A stretch of DNA of 64,000 nucleotides from an uncultured Glaciecola sp. Its GTDB lineage: Bacteria > Pseudomonadota > Gammaproteobacteria > Enterobacterales > Alteromonadaceae. The stretch covers positions 219,221 to 283,220 of the forward strand of contig CALJHY010000005.1 of the NCBI GenBank assembly GCA_937770335.1. Direction: 5' to 3'. Position 1 is the first letter of the stretch, and each line of letters begins with the position of its first letter. Below are positions 1 through 10,960 of the stretch, in pieces. Both the position numbers and the translations under genes were made by a program. The notes below the pieces were generated by a model. The model saw only the letters and a program-made list of their open reading frames with translations, was not told the origin of the DNA and did not search any database.

Positions 1-1037
1 GCATTTGCATCAGACAAGTTAATAATAACATTATCCGAATTAAGTACATTTAGCACATCAATTAGGTACGCTACGTTAAAACCAATTTCCAACTCTTCAC
101 CTTCATAGTTTACGTCAACGACTTCTTCAGCCTGTTCTTGCTCTGGGTTGTTCGCTGTTATCTTCAACTCGCCTGAAGCAAGATTCAAACGCACACCTTT
201 GAATTTCTCATTTGAAAGAATCATTGCTCTAGAAAACGCAGCCTTTAGTAACTCGCGTGAAGACCAAACCGCCTTATCGGAACCCTTCGGTAGTACTCTT
301 CTATAATCCGGGAAACGACCATCAACCAACTTACTGGTGAAAATAAAAGACGCAGAAAAAATTCTTATGTGGTTGCTACCTATTTGAACCTTCACCATTG
401 TATCGTTGTATTCAATTAGCCTAATTATTTCCATGACACCTTTACGAGGAATAATCACTTGGCGATGCGGTAATGTAGAAGCTTCGTATTCAAGCGTTGA
501 AAGTGCAAGACGGTGACCGTCTGTCGCAACAGTTCGAATAGTATGTTCTTCCGTTTCCAAGCTCATACCATTCAGGTAGTAACGCACATCTTGCTGAGCC
601 ATTGAAAAATGCGTTTTCTCAATCAGTCCTTTTAGGTCTGATTGCTTAACTTCGAACTCGACCTCACCTTCCCAATCCTCAAGATTAGGATAATCACTTG
701 CAGACAATGTTGATAATGTATACTTACCACGGCCCGACTTAATAATGGCTTTGTTCTCTTCAACTTCAAAGATGATATTACTTTCACCATTAATACCGCG
801 AATAATATCTAACAACTTTTTAGCTGGAACAGTAATTTCACCGTCAGTGAAACTACCAGATAGCTTCACGCTTGACATCAATTCGACTTCTAAATCAGTA
901 CCTGTTAGCCAGAGTGTTCCCTCACTAACCTTTATTAATACATTCGACAGTATGGGCAGTGTGTGACGTCGTTCAACTGCACCAGAAACTAGTTGAAGCG
1001 GTTGTAATAAACCTTCACGGCTAATGGTAAATTTCAT
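1..1037 (-). CDS. dnaN: DNA polymerase III beta sliding clamp, N-terminal ~345 codons (gene runs off the left edge)
   Basis: Reverse-strand ATG at 1037-1035 opens an uninterrupted frame to position 1. It reads MKFTISREGLLQPLQLVSGAVERRHTLPILSNVLIKV..., a typical DnaN N-terminus. It lies 22 nt downstream of dnaA, the classic dnaA-dnaN arrangement. Confidence 0.93.
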   Translation of the reverse strand, partial: MKFTISREGLLQPLQLVSGAVERRHTLPILSNVLIKVSEGTLWLTGTDLEVELMSSVKLSGSFTDGEITVPAKKLLDIIRGINGESNIIFEVEENKAIIKSGRGKYTLSTLSASDYPNLEDWEGEVEFEVKQSDLKGLIEKTHFSMAQQDVRYYLNGMSLETEEHTIRTVATDGHRLALSTLEYEASTLPHRQVIIPRKGVMEIIRLIEYNDTMVKVQIGSNHIRIFSASFIFTSKLVDGRFPDYRRVLPKGSDKAVWSSRELLKAAFSRAMILSNEKFKGVRLNLASGELKITANNPEQEQAEEVVDVNYEGEELEIGFNVAYLIDVLNVLNSDNVIINLSDAN

Positions 1038-1059
1038 TTATGTCTTCTCGTTAAAATTA

Positions 1060-2877
1060 TTATGAAGAAAGCGTTCTTATTAAGTTTTTATAGTCTTCTT
1101 TTATATCATGACTTTCGTTACGAAGTTGAACAACTTTTCTCACAGCGTGAATGACCGTTGTATGATCTCGTCCACCAAAGGCATTACCTATTTCCGGTAA
1201 ACTGTGATTCGTTAGTTCTTTGGCCAAGGCCATCGCGACTTGCCTAGGACGAGCTACACTTCTGCTTCGTCTTTTAGATAGTATATCAGCAACTTTAATT
1301 TTATAATAATCAGCCACTGTTTTCTGTATGTTCTCAATAGTAACTAACTTGTCCTGTAAGGCAAGTAAATCCCGCAACGCATCGCGAACAAAATCAATTG
1401 TAATCGGTCTACCTGAAAAATTAGCATTCGCGACCACCCTGTTTAACGCCCCTTCCAACTCCCGCACATTCGAACGCAAACGTTTCGCCATGAAAAAAGC
1501 AACCTCAGTTGGAAGCCTAACATTGCACTCGTGGGCCTTCCTATTCAAAATCGCAACACGCGTCTCTAACTCAGGCGGTTCTATTATAACGGTTAAGCCC
1601 CAGCCGAATCGAGATTTGAGCCGATCCTCTACGCCATCGATCTCTTTTGGGTAACGATCGGACGTTAGTATTATTTGTTGGTTACCTTCTAACAACGCAT
1701 TAAAGGTATGAAAAAACTCTTCTTGTGACCGATCTTTATTTGCGAAAAATTGAATGTCATCGATTAACAACGCATCGACCGAGCGATAGAAACGTTTAAA
1801 TTCTTCTATCGCGTTATTCTGCAATGCTTTTACCATATCTTGAACGAACCGCTCAGAGTGCATGTAAACAATTTTCGCATCTGGCTTATTAGCCAATATT
1901 CCGTTACCCACTGCATGCGTTAAATGAGTTTTACCGAGACCGGTACCACCGTATAAAAATAATGGGTTATATGACTTACCAGGATTATTAGCTACCTGAA
2001 TTGCCGCAGCACGCGCATATTGGTTTGACTTACCTTCTACAAAATTCTCAAATGTGTATTCCGGGTTTACATTACTCTTATGCACGTTGACTGCCGGGCT
2101 AGCGGGTTTGCCAAACCGAGCCGCTTGATTCATTCCCGTATCGCCATTTTGCCCGGTGTACTGCTGATATTGATTTCGCTGCGAATCAGACTGGTTGTTT
2201 CGATTATGATTGACTAGGTTGATATCGATACCACCACCCACTTTAGGAGAAGCAGGCTGTATAATTTGTTTGTTTAAAAACGGATTTTGATTATTAACAT
2301 CAGCGCCAACAGATTGAAAACCAGCTTGGGAAGAGTTATTATTTTGTGCTGGTCGGTCATGCGAGGACCCACTTATGTGATCACCTACACTCACCTTTCT
2401 GCGCTCTAAATTGACACCTTCTTTATAATCACCGTTACCTTGGCCATCAAGCGAACCATTATTTCCTGATCTACGGTCTCCAACCTCACCCTGAACGTTC
2501 TCACGTGTTCTATCATATCCAGCGTTTGGACGATCATTGTAGTTTTGATTATTATTAATAGGAGATGATTGGTCCACTAATCCATTATTAACCGGATGAC
2601 TCACTGCGTGCTGCTGTGGTATCGGGCTTTGTTGAGCAATACTGCGCACTGTTATTATTAAATTAGGCGCATCTTGCCCATATAAAGAACGCAGACTTTC
2701 TGTAATCATCCCGTGGTACTTGTCTCTGACCCAATCGAGAATAAAATGATTGGTTGCAAATAAATGGAGGGATTCACCATTAAATTCGGATCGAAGCGGT
2801 TTTAGCCACATATTGAATTGTTCGGACGGAAGTTCTTCTTTTAGCAATTCGAGACAGTGATCCCAACTTATACTCAA
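1060..2877 (-). CDS. dnaA: Chromosomal replication initiator DnaA (605 aa, unusually long domain II linker)
   Basis: Track ORF. Domain I reads WLKPL...; the AAA+ Walker A is [14 protein letters not shown]. The C-terminal DNA-binding helix reads [16 protein letters not shown]. dnaN lies downstream and rpmH is divergent. Confidence 0.97.
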   Translation of the reverse strand: MSISWDHCLELLKEELPSEQFNMWLKPLRSEFNGESLHLFATNHFILDWVRDKYHGMITESLRSLYGQDAPNLIITVRSIAQQSPIPQQHAVSHPVNNGLVDQSSPINNNQNYNDRPNAGYDRTRENVQGEVGDRRSGNNGSLDGQGNGDYKEGVNLERRKVSVGDHISGSSHDRPAQNNNSSQAGFQSVGADVNNQNPFLNKQIIQPASPKVGGGIDINLVNHNRNNQSDSQRNQYQQYTGQNGDTGMNQAARFGKPASPAVNVHKSNVNPEYTFENFVEGKSNQYARAAAIQVANNPGKSYNPLFLYGGTGLGKTHLTHAVGNGILANKPDAKIVYMHSERFVQDMVKALQNNAIEEFKRFYRSVDALLIDDIQFFANKDRSQEEFFHTFNALLEGNQQIILTSDRYPKEIDGVEDRLKSRFGWGLTVIIEPPELETRVAILNRKAHECNVRLPTEVAFFMAKRLRSNVRELEGALNRVVANANFSGRPITIDFVRDALRDLLALQDKLVTIENIQKTVADYYKIKVADILSKRRSRSVARPRQVAMALAKELTNHSLPEIGNAFGGRDHTTVIHAVRKVVQLRNESHDIKEDYKNLIRTLSS

Positions 2878-3124
2878 CTGACTTTCTCCATTCTAGGTCT
2901 ACCAAAACTAACTGCGTCCGTGCACTAAATTAACCAGATTACGATACAACTCTGTAAAGTATAAGTACGCAAAGTTTGCACGCACTAACCTGTCTTTAAA
3001 AATAACTTGATTGCAAAATAATGTTAACCCTAAACCGGACAAACATTCTTTATTGTAATAAAGAGCACGCTTACGTTGTTAGCCTTTTAAAAAAGGGCGA
3101 TAAGAATAGGGGATTTGCGCCTAT

Positions 3125-3336
3125 TTATCCACAGATAATTAGCAAATCTTTTAGTACAATTACCTCTAAGCAACCTTAAACACCTAAACTATTGTTATAT
3201 ATAGGCTTTTTCTGGGGATAACCTCCTGAATTAACTCACTTAATTGGCTTGCTTACAGCGTATCGTCCACTAATTAAGCATAAATCCTGCCAAATTAGGC
3301 TTTAAACCTCAATGGGGCCGTGACTAATGTGGATAA
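3125..3336. promoter_or_regulatory. dnaA/rpmH divergent promoter region with two perfect DnaA boxes
   Basis: TTATCCACA at 3125-3133 and its complement TGTGGATAA at 3328-3336. Both are 9/9 matches to the DnaA-box consensus. They sit in the 633-bp gap between dnaA and rpmH, the usual site of dnaA autoregulation. Confidence 0.7.
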
Positions 3337-3510
3337 AAATGACGAGTGCACAATATTTATGCACAATTTAAATAAACATCCCTTTCGCGCTTATAAACAT
3401 TGACAATGCACTCATACATCCCTATCATTCTGCGTCCATTTCCAAGCAAGGTTTCATAAAAGTTGAAACTCATGCTTCAACGTTACATTGAAACAAGTAG
3501 AGATTAGGTC

Positions 3511-3645
3511 ATGAAAAGAACTTTTCAACCAAGTAATTTAAAGCGCAAACGCTCACACGGTTTTCGTGCTCGCATGGCCACTAAGAATGGTCGTAAAATT
3601 CTTGCAAATCGTAGAGCAAAAGGAAGAGCGAAATTATCAGCTTAA
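3511..3645 (+). CDS. rpmH: 50S ribosomal protein L34
   Basis: 44-codon ORF, below the track cutoff: [44 protein letters not shown]. This is a near-invariant L34 sequence, immediately upstream of rnpA. Confidence 0.95.
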   Translation: MKRTFQPSNLKRKRSHGFRARMATKNGRKILANRRAKGRAKLSA

Positions 3646-3670
3646 TGTGTAAGTAAAGCATATTAAACCG

Positions 3671-4033
3671 GTGAATCACTCATTTCCCAGGGAGTCACGT
3701 TTGTTGACTCCCAAAAACTTCTCCTTCGTATTTGAACAAGCTATTCCCGCGGTATCAAATCACATCACTATATTAGCAAGGCACAACGGCCTTGAAACAG
3801 CCCGTTTAGGTATTACTGTGCCTAAGAAAAAAGTCAAAAATGCCACTGATCGAAACACGATAAAAAGAATTATTAGAGAAAGCTTCCGATTACAAAGACA
3901 TCAGCTGCCAAATGTTGATATTATCGTGATCGCGAAACAAGGTATTGGTCAAATGGAAAACGAAGCACTGGCTACTCAATTAGAGAAATTATGGCGAAAG
4001 ATGACTCTTCGATGCAATCAACCGGCAAAATAA
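3671..4033 (+). CDS. rnpA: RNase P protein component
   Basis: Track ORF with a GTG start; 120 aa and basic, containing RLGITVPKKKVKNATDRNTIKRIIRESFR. It holds the conserved rpmH-rnpA-yidD-yidC position. Confidence 0.9.
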   Translation: MNHSFPRESRLLTPKNFSFVFEQAIPAVSNHITILARHNGLETARLGITVPKKKVKNATDRNTIKRIIRESFRLQRHQLPNVDIIVIAKQGIGQMENEALATQLEKLWRKMTLRCNQPAK

Positions 4034-4065
4034 CACCAGAAACAGTGGCTTCAAAGCCTATTTCT

Positions 4066-4362
4066 ATGTTTACACTGCCATTTAGATTATTGATAAAAGT
4101 TTACCAAACTATTATATCTCCGATGCTCGGTCAAAATTGTCGTTTTCATCCGACTTGCTCTTCTTACGCTCATCAAGCTTTAGAACAACACGGATTAGTG
4201 AAAGGTATTTGGCTTTCTGTAAAACGAATAGTGAAATGTAACCCAATGCACCCGGGTGGGTTTGACTACGTGCCCGGATCAAATGACAATGAAGCGACTC
4301 GTTCAGACTGCACTGAAACAGTAGCAACAACGTCAACAGCACCACCTAAAAATAAACTTTAA
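4066..4362 (+). CDS. yidD: Membrane protein insertion efficiency factor YidD
   Basis: Contains CRFHPTCSSYAHQAL, the YidD signature. The open frame starts at 3991, but the ATG at 4066 gives the usual size. The 3' end of rnpA overlaps the longer frame. Confidence 0.8.
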   Translation: MFTLPFRLLIKVYQTIISPMLGQNCRFHPTCSSYAHQALEQHGLVKGIWLSVKRIVKCNPMHPGGFDYVPGSNDNEATRSDCTETVATTSTAPPKNKL

Positions 4363-4374
4363 AATGAGAAAAAT

Positions 4375-6078
4375 ATGGAATCCCAAAGAAGTCTCTTAGT
4401 TATTGGCTTATTGTTAGTCAGTTATCTATTATGGGTTGAGTATCAGGACGCATACGGCCCAAAGCCAGCAACGATGCCTGTTCAACAAACCACTGCAAGC
4501 CAAGGTGTCCCTAGTGTTTCTGCAGCCAATGGAGAAATACCGACTAGTTCGTCTGTTCCTACTATCGGTAATAGCACTGCGTCTGACATACCATTAGAAC
4601 AATCAATTGTGCCTCAAGTTGGCGCTTTGGAAACCAACAGCGACCGGTTCATTACTGTTAGCACAGACACGCTTGACCTTACTATTGATTTAGTTGGCGG
4701 CGATGTCGTCCGGGCTGACTTATTTAAGTATCCGGTTACTCAAGGTGCCGATGATTCTTATCAGTTATTGAAACCCGATATTGCACGGCTTCATATTGCT
4801 CAAAGTGGACTAGTTGGAAAAGCAGGCCCTGACTCTAATGCTAAAGGACGACCTTTATATAGCACCTCTAAAGCTGATTTTATAATGGACGGCGATACCT
4901 TAAATGTTCCGTTAACCTGGTCTTCCGCAGACGGTCTTAGCGTCACCAAAACATTTGTATTCCAGCGTGACCAACATGTTGTTAAAGTTAACTATGATGT
5001 AAAAAATAACACCAATGCCCCTGCCTCTATGGCTCAGTTTGCACAACTAAAACAAACTACGGCAGATCAGCCCGGTGGCAGTATGTTTATGCCTATTTAT
5101 CGCGGTGGCGCTTACTCTACCCAAGAAGATAAATACGAAAAATTTGGTTTCGGTGATTTTGAAGACGAAAAACTGAATGTCGCCACTATTGGTGGCTGGA
5201 CCGGAATGATTGAGCATTATTTTGTTACTGCTTGGGTACCACCGCAGTTACAAACCAATACTATTACTAGCCGCATTGTTGACAGTAATTTTGCCATCAT
5301 TGGCTATACCGGAGAACCGGTGACAATCGCAGTAAACGGTGAGCGAACCATTTCAAGCCAGTTATACATGGGTCCAAAAACGCAAAGTGTTTTAGCTACT
5401 CTTTCACCAGGACTAGACCTTACCGTTGATTACGGATTTCTTTGGATGATTTCACAACCATTATTCTCATTATTAATATGGATACAAGGCATTGTTATCA
5501 ATTGGGGATTAGCCATTATTTGTGTCACTATTGTTGTCAAAGGTGCCATGTATTGGTTAACCAAGAAGCAGTACGAATCAATGGCCAAGATGCGTAATTT
5601 ACAACCTAAAATGGCGCAATTAAAAGAACGCTTTGGGGATGACCGCCAAAAGATGTCTGCCGCCATGATGGAAATGTATAAGAAAGAAAAAGTAAATCCA
5701 ATGGGTGGTTGCTTCCCTCTCCTACTGCAAATGCCAATATTTTTAGCCCTATATTGGGTGTTATTAGAAAGTGTTGAACTTCGTCACGCAGACTTCATAT
5801 TCTGGATAACAGATCTATCAGTCGCTGATCCATATTATGTATTGCCTATTTTAACTGGCGCTAGCATGTTCTTGTTGCAACGTTTACAGCCGATGACTAT
5901 CACTGACCCCTTGCAGCAAAAAATAATGACTTATATGCCTGTTGCTATGAGTATTTTCTTCTTCTTCTTCCCTGCTGGTTTGGTTTTGTACTGGTTAGTA
6001 AGTAACGTTATTACGCTAATTCAAGCAAAAATCATCTATGCATCGATGGAGAAAAGAGGAATTAGTAGTAAAGGGTAA
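4375..6078 (+). CDS. yidC: Membrane protein insertase YidC
   Basis: 567 aa with an N-terminal TM segment and a large periplasmic domain. The C-terminal region has the conserved GGCFPLLLQMPIFLALY and the 60-kDa insertase core. Confidence 0.95.
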   Translation: MESQRSLLVIGLLLVSYLLWVEYQDAYGPKPATMPVQQTTASQGVPSVSAANGEIPTSSSVPTIGNSTASDIPLEQSIVPQVGALETNSDRFITVSTDTLDLTIDLVGGDVVRADLFKYPVTQGADDSYQLLKPDIARLHIAQSGLVGKAGPDSNAKGRPLYSTSKADFIMDGDTLNVPLTWSSADGLSVTKTFVFQRDQHVVKVNYDVKNNTNAPASMAQFAQLKQTTADQPGGSMFMPIYRGGAYSTQEDKYEKFGFGDFEDEKLNVATIGGWTGMIEHYFVTAWVPPQLQTNTITSRIVDSNFAIIGYTGEPVTIAVNGERTISSQLYMGPKTQSVLATLSPGLDLTVDYGFLWMISQPLFSLLIWIQGIVINWGLAIICVTIVVKGAMYWLTKKQYESMAKMRNLQPKMAQLKERFGDDRQKMSAAMMEMYKKEKVNPMGGCFPLLLQMPIFLALYWVLLESVELRHADFIFWITDLSVADPYYVLPILTGASMFLLQRLQPMTITDPLQQKIMTYMPVAMSIFFFFFPAGLVLYWLVSNVITLIQAKIIYASMEKRGISSKG

Positions 6079-6131
6079 ATGGAAATAAACTATTAAAACT
6101 TATATTCGATTTTACTAAACTCTTTTTGAAA

Positions 6132-6157
6132 AGCCTGCTTACTGCAGGCTTTTTTGT
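6132..6157 (+). terminator. Rho-independent terminator after yidC
   Basis: AGCCTGC (6132-6138) pairs with GCAGGCT (6144-6150) and is followed by a T-run. Confidence 0.7.
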
Positions 6158-6245
6158 CAACAAAATTAAGATTTGCTAAACACTGCAGTAGTTACAAGAT
6201 ACACTAGCTAAATTAACACGCAAAAATACCTTTGGGAGAAAGCAC

Positions 6246-6728
6246 ATGCCTACATTTGATATTGTTTCTGAATTAAACGAAGAAGAAGTCAAGAATGCGA
6301 CTGAAAACGCAAACCGTGAATTAGCAACTCGATTTGATTTCAGAAACGTAGATGCTTCATTCGAATTCAAAGACTCAACAGTAATAATGAGTGCTCAGGA
6401 CGATTTTCAGCTCAAACAAATGCTGGATATACTTCGCAGCGCTTTAGTAAAGCGTGGTGTAAACACCTCATCCATGGACCGCAATGATAGTAATCACACT
6501 GGCAGAACTCACCGTCAAACGATTGGATTCAAACAGGGTATTGACCAACCACTAGCGAAAAAAATAGTTAAACTAATTAAAGATAAAAAGCTCAAAGTCC
6601 AAGCAGCTATTCAGGGCGAGCAGCTCCGTGTTACAGGCAAAAAACGTGACGATTTACAAGACGTCATGGCATTGTTGAAACAAGAAGACTTAGGCCAACC
6701 ATTGCAATTTAATAACTTTCGAGACTAA
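6246..6728 (+). CDS. yajQ: YajQ family nucleotide/cyclic-di-GMP-binding protein (UPF0234)
   Basis: MPTFDIVSE...[13 protein letters not shown]...[24 protein letters not shown]...QFNNFRD matches the remembered YajQ sequence end to end. Confidence 0.85.
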   Translation: MPTFDIVSELNEEEVKNATENANRELATRFDFRNVDASFEFKDSTVIMSAQDDFQLKQMLDILRSALVKRGVNTSSMDRNDSNHTGRTHRQTIGFKQGIDQPLAKKIVKLIKDKKLKVQAAIQGEQLRVTGKKRDDLQDVMALLKQEDLGQPLQFNNFRD

Positions 6729-6774
6729 ACAGTATGGTCTCAGGTTATTGGTCAGAATAGGTTATTGATTAAAA

Positions 6775-8142
6775 ATGTTTTTGAATAAAGAAACCATTGT
6801 TGCACAAGCTACTGCCCCAGGTCGCGGTGGTGTTGGTATTGTGCGTGTGTCTGGCCCTAAAGCAACGGCAGTGGCTTTACGTTTATTGGGTGAATGCCCG
6901 CCAGTGCGTAAAGCAACCTACCTACAATTTAAAGACCAACACAACAACGTCATCGACCAAGGAATTGCGTTGTATTTTAAAGCTCCACATTCTTTTACCG
7001 GTGAAGATGTATTGGAGTTGCAAGGCCATGGCGGTCAGATCGTTATGGAACTATTAATCGACGCTTGTGTTGCCAGCGCTGATATCCGTTTAGCCCGACC
7101 AGGCGAATTCAGTGAACAGGCATTTATAAACGATAAAATGGACTTAACTCAAGCTGAAGCCATTGCCGACCTCATTGATGCAACTTCCAAACAAGCTGCT
7201 AAAAGTGCACTTCGTTCACTACAAGGTGAATTTTCCCAACAAATTAATATGTTGGTTGAACAAGTAATTCATTTGCGCATGTATGTTGAGGCTGCTATTG
7301 ATTTTCCCGAAGAAGAAATTGATTTCTTAGGAGATGGTAAGATACAGGGTGATTTACTAAAAATTTGTGCTCAGCTCGACAGCATTAAACATCAAGCCAA
7401 GCAAGGCAGCTTAATACGCGATGGTATGTCAGTGGTAATTGTTGGTAGACCAAATGCAGGCAAATCAAGCTTACTCAATGCACTTTCTGGTAAAGAGTCT
7501 GCTATTGTTACCCACATTGCCGGTACTACTCGTGATGTATTAAAAGAACATATTCATATTGATGGGATGCCACTGCATATTATCGATACAGCGGGACTCC
7601 GCGAAAGCACTGACGAAGTTGAAAAGATCGGCATCGAACGAGCCTGGACTGAAATTGAGAAAGCTGACCGAATTTTGTTTATGGTCGACAGTAACGACGA
7701 AAAAGCAGATCAACCCAGCGATATCTGGCCAGATTTTTATGCTCGCTTACCTGCTAATGCTAATATTACCGTTATACGCAATAAGTGTGACGAAAGCGGC
7801 GAAACCGTCGGTTTATCGACAGGCGCTACGTACCCCGTATTGCGCATTTCAGCCAAGCAGCAACAAGGTATAAATGAACTTCGAGATCATTTAAAAGAAT
7901 GCATGGGCTTTGAGCAAGCAGGCGAAGGCCAAGTCATTGCGCGCCAACGCCATATTATTGCATTACAACAAGCGGACGAGCACATCAATTTAGGTAAATC
8001 GCAACTTGAAGACAATATGGCAGGTGAGTTACTTGCTGAAGAATTACGTATTGCACAGCAGTATTTAAACGAGATTACTGGCGAATTTAGTTCTGACGAT
8101 CTATTAGGTAAGATATTTTCATCATTTTGTATTGGCAAATAG
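6775..8142 (+). CDS. mnmE: tRNA modification GTPase MnmE (TrmE)
   Basis: The N-terminus reads [21 protein letters not shown]. The G domain has [12 protein letters not shown] and DTAGLR. The C-terminal CIGK motif is present. Confidence 0.95.
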   Translation: MFLNKETIVAQATAPGRGGVGIVRVSGPKATAVALRLLGECPPVRKATYLQFKDQHNNVIDQGIALYFKAPHSFTGEDVLELQGHGGQIVMELLIDACVASADIRLARPGEFSEQAFINDKMDLTQAEAIADLIDATSKQAAKSALRSLQGEFSQQINMLVEQVIHLRMYVEAAIDFPEEEIDFLGDGKIQGDLLKICAQLDSIKHQAKQGSLIRDGMSVVIVGRPNAGKSSLLNALSGKESAIVTHIAGTTRDVLKEHIHIDGMPLHIIDTAGLRESTDEVEKIGIERAWTEIEKADRILFMVDSNDEKADQPSDIWPDFYARLPANANITVIRNKCDESGETVGLSTGATYPVLRISAKQQQGINELRDHLKECMGFEQAGEGQVIARQRHIIALQQADEHINLGKSQLEDNMAGELLAEELRIAQQYLNEITGEFSSDDLLGKIFSSFCIGK

Positions 8143-8296
8143 AAAGCAGACAGATAACCCAATTTACTCAATGTGACCACATTATTGTTCGTATTATTTC
8201 AATGCTAATGAATATCCGTGGTGAGTAAAATGCTTTATTGGATTTCCATTGCGATCAATAAACTAGACGACAACGTTCTTAATTTAAGGTAATTAT

Positions 8297-8737
8297 ATGC
8301 ACTTCGACATCATGGTAGGTTCTGTTCTGGGCGCCTCAGAATATGTTGCAGAGGCAATATTGGTGAGTATTATAGAAGCTGGTCATACGGGTGACTGTCA
8401 CTTTGAACCCAACGTGTCTACGTTAAATAAAGACAACATATTATTGATTTGTACATCTACACATGGCGCTGGTGACTTACCAGACAATATAGAACCCTAT
8501 GCAAAAGCGCTGCAAAGCAAAGACTTGAAGGGGTTTAATGCTATGATTATTGGACTCGGCGATAGCAGTTACGATACGTATTGCGGTGCTGCGATGAATA
8601 TGGAAACCCTGCTGCTTAATAGAGGAGTCACTTTATTAAGCGAACCCTTGCACATAGACGTCCTGAATCACCCTATCCCTGAGGATATCGCAGTGGAATG
8701 GTTTATAGCACAATTAGACAAAGTGTCAGGTAAATAG
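8297..8737 (+). CDS. mioC: FMN-binding flavodoxin-like protein MioC
   Basis: 146 aa with STHGAGDLPDN and an LGDSSYDTYCGA flavodoxin-like core. It sits next to oriC and is transcribed toward it, as mioC is in E. coli and Vibrio. Confidence 0.8.
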   Translation: MHFDIMVGSVLGASEYVAEAILVSIIEAGHTGDCHFEPNVSTLNKDNILLICTSTHGAGDLPDNIEPYAKALQSKDLKGFNAMIIGLGDSSYDTYCGAAMNMETLLLNRGVTLLSEPLHIDVLNHPIPEDIAVEWFIAQLDKVSGK

Positions 8738-8745
8738 ACATCTTT

Positions 8746-9396
8746 ATGAATAGCTTAGAATTAGACGCCCTTCAATTATCTATGAGCAATCATGCTAGAG
8801 CGCTCTACAGCGTATATTTAGCATCAAAAGGTAATTTAACAAAGGGTAACGTTACTCTTTCCTACAAAGACATTATGCAGTTTTTAAACGGTAAAGAAGA
8901 AATTGTAACGTTGGGACGACAGGTTAATTCGCTACTTAAAGAACTAGATAACGTAGGGCTAATTAAAATTAACAGTGAGCAATCATACAAACGAAGTTTA
9001 AATAACCAAATTATTTATTTACCCTTAAGTGTTAGTCCAGAAATTTCTGATATAACCACCGACAAACACCAGAGTTTTGTTAAGATGAATGTGAACTGGC
9101 GACCAAATGCTGAGTTATTTGAGCAGATTTGTCAGCTTGTTGGCGTAATCGATAAAGGGTATTCTGCTGATGAGTTGGGAGAATACATTGCTTATTGGTT
9201 AGGTTATCCTGAAAAACAGTTTACTGATTATCAGTGGACACAGAAATTTGTGTTAAATATAAAACAGCGCCGTCAACGACTACCGGTGAATAAAGAACAA
9301 ACTAAAGTCGGCCACCAATGGATAACTCCACAAGCAGGTCTTGAAATAGACGACAACGTTAAACAATTAGTTGAAAAATACAGCGGGAAATCATGA
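8746..9396 (+). CDS. dnaT: DnaT-like primosomal/replication protein (C-terminal DnaT DNA-binding domain)
   Basis: The C-terminal half reads FVKMNVNWRPNAELFEQICQLVGV..ELGEYIAYWLG..YQWTQKFVLNIKQRR. By eye it parallels E. coli DnaT ([45 protein letters not shown]). It overlaps the next gene by ATGA. Confidence 0.6.
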   Translation: MNSLELDALQLSMSNHARALYSVYLASKGNLTKGNVTLSYKDIMQFLNGKEEIVTLGRQVNSLLKELDNVGLIKINSEQSYKRSLNNQIIYLPLSVSPEISDITTDKHQSFVKMNVNWRPNAELFEQICQLVGVIDKGYSADELGEYIAYWLGYPEKQFTDYQWTQKFVLNIKQRRQRLPVNKEQTKVGHQWITPQAGLEIDDNVKQLVEKYSGKS

Positions 9397-10208
9397 AAAG
9401 TCTAAACGATAGAATTAATGAATTGGCAAGGTCTTTGGGAAAAGATCCGGAACCTGAAGCACAATTTAACTATAAAGAACGTCGTGAAGAATTTGACCGT
9501 TTAGCTAATCAAGATGTCCAAAAATTACAACAGGAAACACGCCATCAACGTGTCCAAAAAATACATGGTAAGTCAGAACTCGATCCAAAGTGGACTTTTC
9601 ATAACTTAGTTGAAGATGCACAAGATGTGGTTGAAGCCATTAATATTGCAAAGTCATTTATTGCAGCCCATGCTGATGCTAGTTGGCGAAATAGTGGTGC
9701 CCATATGATGATTTTTTATGGTGACTATGGTCGCGGTAAGTCACATATAGCGGGTGCTATTGCTCATCAATTAATTGACCAATACGAAACAACCGTAATG
9801 TATCGTCAACTTCAATCACTATTAGAAATGCGTTTCTCGTCTTATGATTTTCAATCTGCTGACAGTGCCCCTGAAAAATTTCGTCAAATAAATAAACAAC
9901 TACAAGAAGTTGATTTACTTATATTGGACGAAGTTTGTGTTAATGAAACTATGCTAAAAAAGACGACCCAAAGCTGGTTAGGTAGTTTGTTAAGACAGCG
10001 TCTTATTGATAATAAAAACTGCATCCTTATTACTAATCATAACTTAAAAGACCTCGAAACAGCTTTAGGTCGATACTGTTTTGAGTCGATTAAAGAATAT
10101 GATACCTATAAGGTGCGATTCCAAGGTCCTAGCCGGCGCAAACAAGTTGTTCCTGACTATGCAGAACCAAGCAGCGGCAATCAGTATCAACCTAATCAGG
10201 TCCGCTAA
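9393..10208 (+). CDS. dnaC: DnaC/IstB-type AAA+ helicase-loader-like ATPase
   Basis: Walker A is GDYGRGKSH and Walker B is DLLILDEV. ILITNHN follows, and the overall length and layout resemble DnaC. It appears translationally coupled to the DnaT-like ORF. Confidence 0.65.
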   Translation: MKSLNDRINELARSLGKDPEPEAQFNYKERREEFDRLANQDVQKLQQETRHQRVQKIHGKSELDPKWTFHNLVEDAQDVVEAINIAKSFIAAHADASWRNSGAHMMIFYGDYGRGKSHIAGAIAHQLIDQYETTVMYRQLQSLLEMRFSSYDFQSADSAPEKFRQINKQLQEVDLLILDEVCVNETMLKKTTQSWLGSLLRQRLIDNKNCILITNHNLKDLETALGRYCFESIKEYDTYKVRFQGPSRRKQVVPDYAEPSSGNQYQPNQVR

Positions 10209-10960
10209 CTTACTTTAAGTCAGTCCAATGATCCCTGCATTATTTGATTACTCCTCATTATTGCTGGTTTTAGCGCAGCTATCCTAAATACGGTAGCTGG
10301 GACTGACAGCTTCATTACACGTACCGCATTAACTCTCCTTGGTATCAAGCCCTATAGTGTCGTTACCGCAGTACTTCCAGTTTATATAGCTGTTGTGTGA
10401 CGTTTGAGCCACTGCATGAAAGCATCACATGCACTGCCATTGCTATACTTATTCAACCAAATCATAAAGTACAGCACCATTTATCCCATTCACTCCTGTT
10501 AGGCAGTGATTCACAATCTAAAATTATCATTAATAGGTTAATTTTAGATGCCAACCTGCTCTTTTTTTTAAATATAAACCCACAAAATACACGACAAAAA
10601 GTAAACCCTCCCTCAGTTCAGTTGTCTCTAACCGCATTTTCTTTATTATTTGTATATACCGTGACTACTTTATCGCGGTACTGCCATCATTTTACTAATA
10701 AAAATCGGACTTTTAGGTCTTAATAATCGAATATAAAATAATGGAATAACAAATATCCCGTCTGAAATACTCACTATTATTGGTTATTTCGTCAATATTA
10801 TAGGTGTCATACTAGAGGAGATGGCTATGCTAGTAATAAGTATTTAAGGTACCACTGAGGTTATATAGGAGCAGGTATTTCCTCTTAAATCGACGATAAG
10901 TGAGTAATTATTGTTATTATAGGTACCGGTTTTATTTCATTTATTCAGTTTATATAAAGA

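Noticed and set aside
3991-4065. Upstream extension of yidD to the ATG at 3991, giving 123 aa.
   Set aside because: YidD proteins are about 85 aa. The extension overlaps the 3' end of rnpA and adds non-conserved sequence, so the ATG at 4066 is preferred.
10397-10723. 108-aa track ORF (GTG start) inside the mioC-side part of the origin gap.
   Set aside because: It has a non-ATG start, no RBS and low-complexity, odd composition. It lies in an otherwise non-coding origin-flanking region, and no family was recognised.
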